Assembly: GCA_951406725.2 (NCBI GenBank)
Contig: OX597831.1
Span: forward strand, 77,438,001-77,502,000
Source: Octopus vulgaris
Lineage: Eukaryota
Reading direction: 5' to 3'
DNA length: 64,000 bases
Each line of letters begins with the position of its first letter. Position 1 is the first letter of the stretch. The position numbers and the translations under genes are program-made. Under the pieces are notes generated by a model. It made no database searches, had not been told where the DNA came from, and worked only from the letters and a program-made list of their open reading frames with translations. Of the stretch, positions 55,991 through 64,000 are shown one piece after another.

Positions 55991-56028
55991 ATATATATAT
56001 CATTTCCCTAAATGTTATCGTCTACAGC

Positions 56029-56412
56029 GGAGGCGCAATGGCCCAGTGGTTAGGGCAGCGGACTCGGGGTCGTAGGATCGCGGTTTCGATTCCCAGACCG
56101 GCGTTGCGAGTGTTTATTGAGCGAAAACACCTAAAGCTCCACGAGGCTCCGGCAGGGGATGGTGGTGATCCCTGCTGTACTCTTTCACCACAACTTTCTC
56201 TCACTCTTTCTTCCTGTTTCTGTTGTACCTGTATTTCAAAGGGCCGGCCTTGTCACTCTCTGTGTCACGCTGAATATCCCCGAGAACTACGTTAATGGTA
56301 CACGTGTCTGTGGAGTGCTCAGCCACTTACACGTTAATTTCACGAGCAGGCTGTTCCGTTGAACGGATCAACCGGAACCCTCGTCGTCGTAACCGACGGA
56401 GTTCTTCCATCC
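56029..56412 (+). mobile_element. SINE-A, young, 12-bp TSD
   Basis: atcgtctacagc at 56017-56028 and 56413-56424. Confidence 0.95.
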
Positions 56413-56634
56413 ATCGTCTACAGCGTTTGATTGGACCATTCTTTTGCACTTTCATTCTGCAAACACCGTTTCCTAAAGCTATCCACTCGTACTCACCTGT
56501 CTCTTCTTAGAAAGCTCTTGTTTGGGGGAGGTGGTGTGGTTACTGTTCGGATTCCTTGTCTCAGTTTTATAGAAGGGCCAGGTGACAGCGGTTTTATAAA
56601 GCTGTCAGCTATTAGTACATACGACTGGTATCAT

Positions 56635-57016
56635 GGAAGCACTCCGTCGGTTACGACGACGAGGGTTCCGGTTGATCCGAATCAACGGAACAACCTGCTC
56701 GTGAAATTAACGTGCAAGTGGCTGAGCACTCCACAGACACGTGTACCCTTAACGTAGTTCTCGGGGATATTCAGCGTGACACAGAGAGTGACAAGGCCGG
56801 CCCTTTGAAATACAGGCACAACAGAAACAGGATGTAAGAGTGAGAGAAAGTTGTGGTGAAAGAGTACAGCAGGGATCACCACCATCCCCTGCCGGAGCCT
56901 CGTGGAGCTTTAGGTGTTTTCGCTCAATAAACACTCACAACGCCCGGTCTGGGAATCGAAACCACGATCCTATGACCGAGAGTCCGCTGCCCTAACCACT
57001 GGGCCATTGCGCCTCC
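56635..57016 (-). mobile_element. SINE-A, young, 11-bp TSD
   Basis: actggtatcat at 56624-56634 and 57019-57029. Confidence 0.95.
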
Positions 57017-57411
57017 ATACTGGTATCATAGCGCGCGCTCTTTTACCATTCACTGACTTGCATTGAGGCGTGCACTGAGCTGTGGCCTAGTGTTTAACAT
57101 GTTTACTTTGCAATCAAGAGGTGCATGGTTCGAGCCTGATATTAGCATCAGGGATAAATATATTTTATTGTAACTCCATGTTGATTCTGTCTTTCGTTTT
57201 TATGAAAATAAATAATGATAATTTATCTATAATTCAAAGTTTCAGACATGCCACACATATTGTCGCGCTAATTATGGCTAAGTCGTGTGTGAAGGTTACA
57301 CATATCTGTGAAATACTCAGCCACATAGAGCCAATGTAATGAAGTAGTTTAGTTGATCCAAACACAAGAAAACTCTTCGCCGAAAGTGACGGAGGATCCA
57401 TTAACAGTAAC

Positions 57412-57825
57412 TCCTTTACTCTTTTACTTGTTTCAGTCATTTGACTGCGGCCATGCAGGAGCACCGCCTTTAATCCAACAAATCCACCCCAGCACTTATT
57501 CTGTATAAGCCTAGTACTTATTCTGGCGATCTCTTTTGCCAAACCGCTAAATGACGGGGACGTAAACACACCAGCATCGGTTGTCAAGCAATGTTGGGGG
57601 ACAAACACAGACACACAAACATATACACACACACACATACATAAATACATACATACACACATACATATATATATATATATATAAATACGATGGGCTTCTT
57701 TCAGTTTTCGTCCACCAAATCCACTCACAAGGCTTTGGTCGGCCCGAGGTGCCACGCAGTGGGACTGAACCTAGGACCATGTGGTTGGTAAGCAAGCTAC
57801 TTACCACACAGCCACTCCTGCGCCT
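57412..57825 (-). mobile_element. SINE-B, empty target site (single agctactt at 57795-57802)
   Basis: gtggttggtaagcaagctacttaccacacagccactcctgcgcct. Confidence 0.92.
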
Positions 57826-58375
57826 ATAAATAAGTGAAATGCTATTTCACACGACAGTATTGTTTTGAGAAAGAAACCCGTTCATAGCTCAAATCATTTC
57901 ATAACCCTTTTATAGCACAAATCATTAATAATAGGTTGTAGCAGTGAATGGCAGGGGGCGTGACCCCCTGGTGTCCCGAGTGTTATTGGGCGTTCAAAGT
58001 GTTCTACATGGAAGTCTAATATTCATTCGGTTATTGACCGGTGATGAGAACACATGACAGACAAAAGTCGTGCAATTACACTGGGTGCCGAAATGTTACA
58101 TCGTGTATGCACCCCAAGAGGACGTTCAGATCGAGTTATGAGGAATAATGTCAGAAAATCTGTGATGTAGCAGAACAGCCGAACGGAATGGCAATCTAAA
58201 CGGAAAGGCATGTTGGAGATACAACGTGGAAGAAGCGAAACAGTTCTATATTTAAGAGATGAGGAATTATGTACATTATTTACATTATTTACATTGGAGG
58301 GATATTTGTCCATATCTTGCATGTTGTTAACACAACGTTTCGGCTGATATACCCTCCAGCTTCCGTCACCCTAGT

Positions 58376-58920
58376 GTGCCCTGGAGTATCCTGCTTTGCT
58401 TAGGCTTGCTCTGCCCTACTTTGCCCTGCTTTACTATTATTTGTCCTACTTTGCCCTGCTTTGCCTTGCTTTGCCTTGCTTTGTTCTATTTTGCCCTGCT
58501 TGCTTCTGCTTTGCCATACTTAGCCCTGTTTTACCCTGTTTTGCCCTGCTTTGTCCTATTATGCCCTGCTTTGCCTTGCTTTGTTCTAATTTGCCCTGAT
58601 TTGTCATGCTACCCCCGACTTTGCTCTATTTGTCCTGCTTTGTTCTGCTTTGTCCTGCTTTGCCTTGTTTTGTCCTGCTATGCCCTGCTATGCACTGCTT
58701 TGCTCTGCTTTGCCCTGTTTTGTCCTGCTATGCCCTGCTATGCACTGCTTTGCTCTGCTTTGCCCTGTTTTGTCCTGCTATGTCCTGCTATTCCCTGCTT
58801 TGTCTTGCTTTGCCCTGCTTTGTCCTGCTTTGCCCTGCTTTGTCCTGCTATGCCCTGCTATGCACTGCTTTGCTCTGATTTGCCCTGCTATGCCCTGCTT
58901 TGCTTTGCTTTGCCCTGCTA
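58376..58920. repeat. Degenerate 10-bp (2x5) tandem repeat, ~CTTTGCCCTG
   Basis: Directly visible; produces the Cys/Leu-rich ORFs. Confidence 0.92.
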
Positions 58921-59199
58921 GCACTACTTGTCCTGTTTCTTACACATACTAATACTTATACCAAAGCTGAAGACGAAAGAATAGGACTTAACCTGCTTGA
59001 CTTTTTTACCATCCAAGTTCATTTCCCACCAGGGTTGACTTACATTCTCCCACGGATGATAAACAAAAATACCAGACGTGTATTGGGGTTTATTATTTGT
59101 CAACTATAACTCTCTACGCCCACACGTGTGTGTGTGTGTGTGTGTGTTTCTGTGGCGTGGGTAACACAACCACTGTTATTGTAAACTATGTTGAAATTG

Positions 59200-59570
59200 T
59201 TGTGGTTGTAGTTATTGATGATGATGATGAAACGATGATGGTGGTGGTTGTGGTGAAGGTGGTAGTTGTGGTGGTGATGGTGACGGTAGTGGTGGGGACG
59301 GTAGAGGTGGTGACGGTAGTTGTGGTGATGGTGGTGGTGATGGTGGTAGAGATGATGATAATGATAATAGTGCTGATGATGATGATGACAACGATGATGA
59401 TGATGATGATGATAATAATGATGATAATGAGAAGGAGGAGGATGCTGATGCTAATGATGCTGATGGTGATGATGCCGATGATGGTGATGATTGTGATCAT
59501 GAGGAGGAGGAGGAGGAGGACGATGACTGCGATGACGACCACGGCGACCACCACTGCTACAACGATGATG
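59200..59570. repeat. (GGT)n/(GAT)n/(GAG)n low-complexity tract
   Basis: Directly visible. Confidence 0.9.
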
Positions 59571-59834
59571 GGATATTTCGTGAACTTTGACCTTTACTTT
59601 ATCTTTCAACTTTTAACAATTGTGACAGTAGGGGCGTATATTTTAGAGTGGTGGCAATAATCACCGCAGAGTTGTCGGGTGGTTGCGGCTACGGAGGGTG
59701 GTGGGGGGTAGGTCTGTGAGTATGTGCATGTGTACACACATATGCACATACACACACATGCAAGTACACATATATACATACATACATGCATAGAGTACGT
59801 GTATACTAGGTACATACATGCATGCATATATATG

Positions 59835-60468
59835 CCTCTCTCTCTCTCTCACTCTCTCTCTCTCACTTTCTCACTCACTCTTTCTCTCTCAATCTCTCTC
59901 TCACTCTCTCACTCTCACTCGCTTTCACTCGCTCTCTTTCTCTCTCTCTCACTCTCACTCTCTCTCTCTCTCTCACTCGCTCTCTTTCACTCTCTTTCTC
60001 TCTCTCACTCTCACTCTCTCTCACCCACACTATCTTTCACTCTCTCTCTCTCTCACTCGCTCTCTTTCGCTCTCTTTCTCTCTCTCACTCTCACTCTCTC
60101 TCACCCACACTATCTATCACTCTCTCTCTCTCTCACTCTCTTTCCCTCTCACTCTCTCCCTCTCACTCTCTCTCTCTCACTCAATCTCGATCTCTCTCTC
60201 ACTCGCTCTCTTTCACTCTCTCTCTCTCTCACTCTCACTCTCTCTCACCCACACTCATTCTCTCACTCTCTCTCTCACTCTCTCTCTCTCACTCTCTTTC
60301 CCTCTCACTCTCTCCCTCTCACTCTCTCTCTCTCACTCAATCTCGCTTTCTCTCTCACTCGCTCTCTTTCACTCTCTCTCTCTCACTCTCACTTTCACTC
60401 TCTCTCACCCACTCTCCATCTTTCACTCTCTCTCTCTCTCACTCACTCACTCACTCTCTCTCTCTCTC
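59835..60468. repeat. (CT)n/(CTCA)n tract with higher-order duplications
   Basis: ctcacccacactatct recurs at 60-bp spacing; actcaatctcg at ~60178 and ~60334. Confidence 0.9.
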
Positions 60469-60487
60469 TGTTTATGCACATATATAT

Positions 60488-60740
60488 ATTCTTTTATTCT
60501 CTTGTTTCAGTCATTTGACTGCGGCCATGCTGGAGCACCACCTTTGAGTCGAAAAAAACCCCGACCCCAGTAATTATTCTTTGTAAGCCTAGCACTTGTT
60601 CTATAGGTTTTTATTGCCGAACCTCTTGGCTGCGGGGACGTAAACACACCAACATCGGTTGTGAAGTGATGGTGGGGTGACAAACGCTGACACACATATA
60701 CGTATATACGCCAGGCTTCTTTCAGTTTCCGCCTACCAAA
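60488..60740 (-). mobile_element. SINE-B 3' part
   Basis: Standard tail; truncated after cctaccaaat. Confidence 0.85.
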
Positions 60741-60750
60741 TATATGTGTG

Positions 60751-60796
<46 letters not shown>

Positions 60797-60865
60797 TATA
60801 TGAGTGTGTGTGTGTGCGTGTGTGTGTGTGTGTATGAATATAAATATAAATATATATATATACAC

Positions 60866-60949
<84 letters not shown>

Positions 60950-61235
60950 TGTGTGTCTGTGTGTAAAAGATAAAATCCTGTTAAGACGAAAAAATTTGCC
61001 GGCAACCATGAAATCAACATAATTGCTGGACTTGTGCCAAAATTTGTGCATATATATTTGTTATATATGTGAGCGTGCGTATATTTGTGTGTATGTGTAT
61101 GTGCGTGTGTGTGTGTGTGTGTGTGTGTGCGTGTGTGTATATGTGACCGGGTGTGTGAATGTGTCTAAAGCAATTAACAATAGAAAAGAAAAAAAAACTA
61201 GAAACATTTTTCTTCCTCCAAGAATCATAGCTGCA

Positions 61236-61700
61236 GCAGTAGTAGTAGTAGTAGTAATATCGATGGTAATGGTGGCGGTGCAGCTGCTGTTTTTGATAAT
61301 GGCGGCGACGGCGGCGGCTGTGGTGGTGGTGGTGGTGGTGGTGGTGGTGGTGACGATGATGATGGTGGTGGTGGTGGTGATGATGGTGGTAGTAATGGTG
61401 GTAGTGGTGGCTATGATTATAGAACAACTGCTGTTTTCGATGTTGATACTAGTGGTGGTGGTGGTGGTGGTGGATGTGGTGGTCATGGTGGTGGTGACGA
61501 TAGTGGTGGTGGTGGTGGTGGTGATGGTGGTGGTAGTGGTGGTGGTGGTGGTTGTGGTGCTGACGACAACAGCCACCGATGGTGATCGGTGGCTGTTGTA
61601 TTTGTTGTTGTTGTTGTTGTTGTTGGTGGTGGTGAATGTGGTGGTGGTGGTGGTGGTAGTGGTGGTGGTGGTGGTGGTGGTGATGATGCTGCTGCTAACA
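61236..61700. repeat. (GGT)n/(GTA)n/(GTT)n low-complexity tract
   Basis: Directly visible; produces the poly-H/T/V/P ORFs. Confidence 0.92.
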
Positions 61701-62013
61701 ACAACGGCACCGCTGGTGATATAATGTTGTTCGTATTTGTTCCAGAGCTGTTGGTGCTGTTGGTTGCGAAGTTAATGAGGTTGACGGCTGTGGTTGGTTG
61801 TAGAGAAAAAGTAGTATAAATGGTAGGCTGGTGATGGTGGTGGTTTGGTAACGGTTGAAGATGTGGTTTCGGCGGTAGTATATGAGTTTTGAACGCCCAA
61901 TACTTTTGAAGGGGAGAATAAATTGAATTACATAAACGGAACTCGTCACGAAACGTAAACGGTGACATGTAGCACGTGACTGTTTCACACCCCGACATAC
62001 ATAAACTCGTGTA

Positions 62014-62044
<31 letters not shown>

Positions 62045-62312
62045 GTACAAATATACACGCACATACATCTGTACACACCATACACACACATACACATATA
62101 CAGGCACACGCATCCACACACACAAACTCGCACACACACATTCTGACACATACACACATGCATACACTAACACACACACACACATAAAAGTAAACAAGAG
62201 AGAAAGAGCCAGGCAGAAACAAGGAAAATGCCACTTGTATTTGAACATTATGCAAATATTCTTTTAAAAAAACTTTCCTGTTAATTTTTCCAAAATTTAA
62301 TTCTTTTCCATA

Positions 62313-62355
62313 TTTACAGTTGAAAAAGTCTCAATGGCCGAAACCGGTACTGAAA
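62313..62355 (+). ncRNA. Degenerate hammerhead-like motif
   Basis: tttacag TTGAAAA agtc-tcaat-ggcc GAAAC cg GTA ctgaaa; two core mismatches. Confidence 0.35.
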
Positions 62356-62528
62356 TGGTTTTTTATAAAATTATTTTAGCATTTTCAACCTTGACTTTTT
62401 TCCCCATATATATAATCAGCCGAAGTTGCGAGGATGATCCGGTTCTTGACTGAGGATTAGAGGCTTCGAATGACCCGTCCGTTTTTTGTGTCGTCTCTTT
62501 GAGTGTTTTACGTTCTTGTCCCATTTTG

Positions 62529-62571
<43 letters not shown>

Positions 62572-62604
62572 CAACTCGTGTGTTCCATTTCAACTTTCTA
62601 CACA

Positions 62605-62644
<40 letters not shown>

Positions 62645-62649
62645 TATAT

Positions 62650-62865
62650 ATTCTTTTTATTCTTTTACTTGTTTCAGTCATTTGACTGCGGCCATGCTGG
62701 GGCACCGCCTTTAGTGGAGCAAATCGACCGCAGGACTTATTCTTTGTTAGCCTAGTACTTATTCTATCGGTCTCACTTTAGCCGAACGCTCTGTTACGGT
62801 GACGTAAGCACACCACCATCAGTTATCAAGCGATGTTGGAGGGACAAAAGCAGACACACAAACAG

Positions 62866-62921
<56 letters not shown>

Positions 62922-63064
62922 GACGGGCTTCTTTCAGTTTCTATTTACAAAAATTCACCCACAAGGCATTGGTCGGCCCGAGGCTATAGTAGAAGACACT
63001 TGCCCAAGGTGCCACACAGTGGGACTGAAACCGGAACCCTGTGGTTGACAAACAAGAGCTACTT
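62650..63064 (-). mobile_element. SINE-B body interrupted at agctactt (63057-63064)
   Basis: Complete tail and body; the head is displaced by an insertion. Confidence 0.9.
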
Positions 63065-64000
63065 TATTTCATTAAGATTTGCCATAAAGGCATTACAAAG
63101 AGTAGCTTGCTGGTTGGACATATACATTGATGAGGTGAATGATGAAACAAGGATGATATTGATGAGAGAAGGCAGAAAACGCCCACCGATTTTCTGCTTC
63201 TCTAAAACATTGTTCATTTTTTTCCATCAAAAACGACAATTATTGAACTTAATAGTCCATTACAAATATATATAATAAATTATTCAATACACAGACAATC
63301 TATAAGATCAGTCCTCCTCATCGGAGCCCCCAAGCAAATGACACGCCGCCTGCAGGAAAGCCTGCATCGGTAGGTCGGGCCCCGGAAAGAGGAAAGCAAA
63401 ATCTTCCTTATTACAGGTCACCATGACCTCGAACAGCTTCTTCTGACTCACGACGTCCGCAGCCAGCTGCGGAGGCCAGTCTGGACAGTCTATACAGACC
63501 GAGTCCAATCGTTCTCGGCCTGGAAGACCGTCCAAGCACTTCGCGACAGGCCCTTCCCTGAGATAGAAAACGACGGGTTTCACGTCCTCCTTACGGGGAG
63601 GGGCCTCAGCACACTCTGTCAGTGGTACAATTCCCACTGACAGAGCCTCTCGCTCCGGTGGCAAACCTTCCACCAGAGGGGCATCGGATTCAGTCGGCGG
63701 CACAGCGTTATCCGCCGACCGTCTCTCGTTTCTCTTCCTTCTCTTTCTCCTACTTACGGGTGCGGGAGTCGGATCCTCCACTGGCACACCCGGGGGAGGG
63801 TCCTCCTTTTCTCCTGCAACCTGCGTGTCTGTTGGTGAGCAACTATTGTTGCTCACCTTTCTTTTTCTTCTCGTTGAGGCCGATGCCTCAACGACCTCCG
63901 CTGTTTCTCCCTGCAATGGGAGAGCGTAGGACACCTTCACCTTTCCCTGCTCCAGGACCTTACCACGGCTCCGGGGCAAGTCCTTCTTAATGTGGCCTGA
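63065..64000 (-). mobile_element. ORF1-only retroelement, copy 2 (runs off the window)
   Basis: 3' UTR aligns with 34448-34680 (tttgccataaaggca, gtagcttgc, cagaaa.cgccc, aacattgttc, agtccattacaaata); same junction with SINE-B. Confidence 0.88.
63308..64000 (-). CDS. ORF1/gag-like protein, C-terminal part (open to the window edge)
   Basis: About 230 open codons: SGHIKKDLP (zinc-knuckle-like end), KVLEQ, KVSNNSCSP, basic RRKRRKR, VFYLREG...CIDCPDWPPQLAADV...KEDFAFLFPGP, matching copy 1. Confidence 0.7.
   Translation of the reverse strand, partial: SGHIKKDLPRSRGKVLEQGKVKVSYALPLQGETAEVVEASASTRRKRKVSNNSCSPTDTQVAGEKEDPPPGVPVEDPTPAPVSRRKRRKRNERRSADNAVPPTESDAPLVEGLPPEREALSVGIVPLTECAEAPPRKEDVKPVVFYLREGPVAKCLDGLPGRERLDSVCIDCPDWPPQLAADVVSQKKLFEVMVTCNKEDFAFLFPGPDLPMQAFLQAACHLLGGSDEED

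Noticed and set aside
58376-58952. Cys/Leu-rich ORFs (keratin-associated or metallothionein-like)
   Set aside because: Product of a 10-bp tandem repeat that reads similarly in all frames.

Overview
AT-rich, repeat-saturated eukaryotic (animal) non-coding DNA. It is most likely from an octopus or other coleoid cephalopod, inferred from the microsatellite load and the tRNA-derived SINE families, not proven. I can support no intact host gene, and almost all supplied ORFs are translations of microsatellites. The window holds four tRNA-headed SINE families (called A-D here; B has about 20 copies), a Tc1 (DD34E) pseudo-element, mariner remnants, a 5'-truncated Penelope-like element (RT + GIY-YIG), CR1/L2-type and RTE-type LINE fragments, at least eight minimal hammerhead-ribozyme-like motifs, and several long fold-back palindromes. 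The most striking item is a ~2.2 kb ORF1-only (RRM/zinc-knuckle-like, no RT) retroelement. Two clearly diverged copies (34448-36643 and 63065->64000) sit at the same nucleotide of the SINE-B tRNA-like head. The complete copy has an 8-bp target-site duplication. Both 3' UTRs carry a 9-11 nt segment complementary to the target site, which suggests a SINE-targeting hyperparasite that may recognise its target by base pairing.
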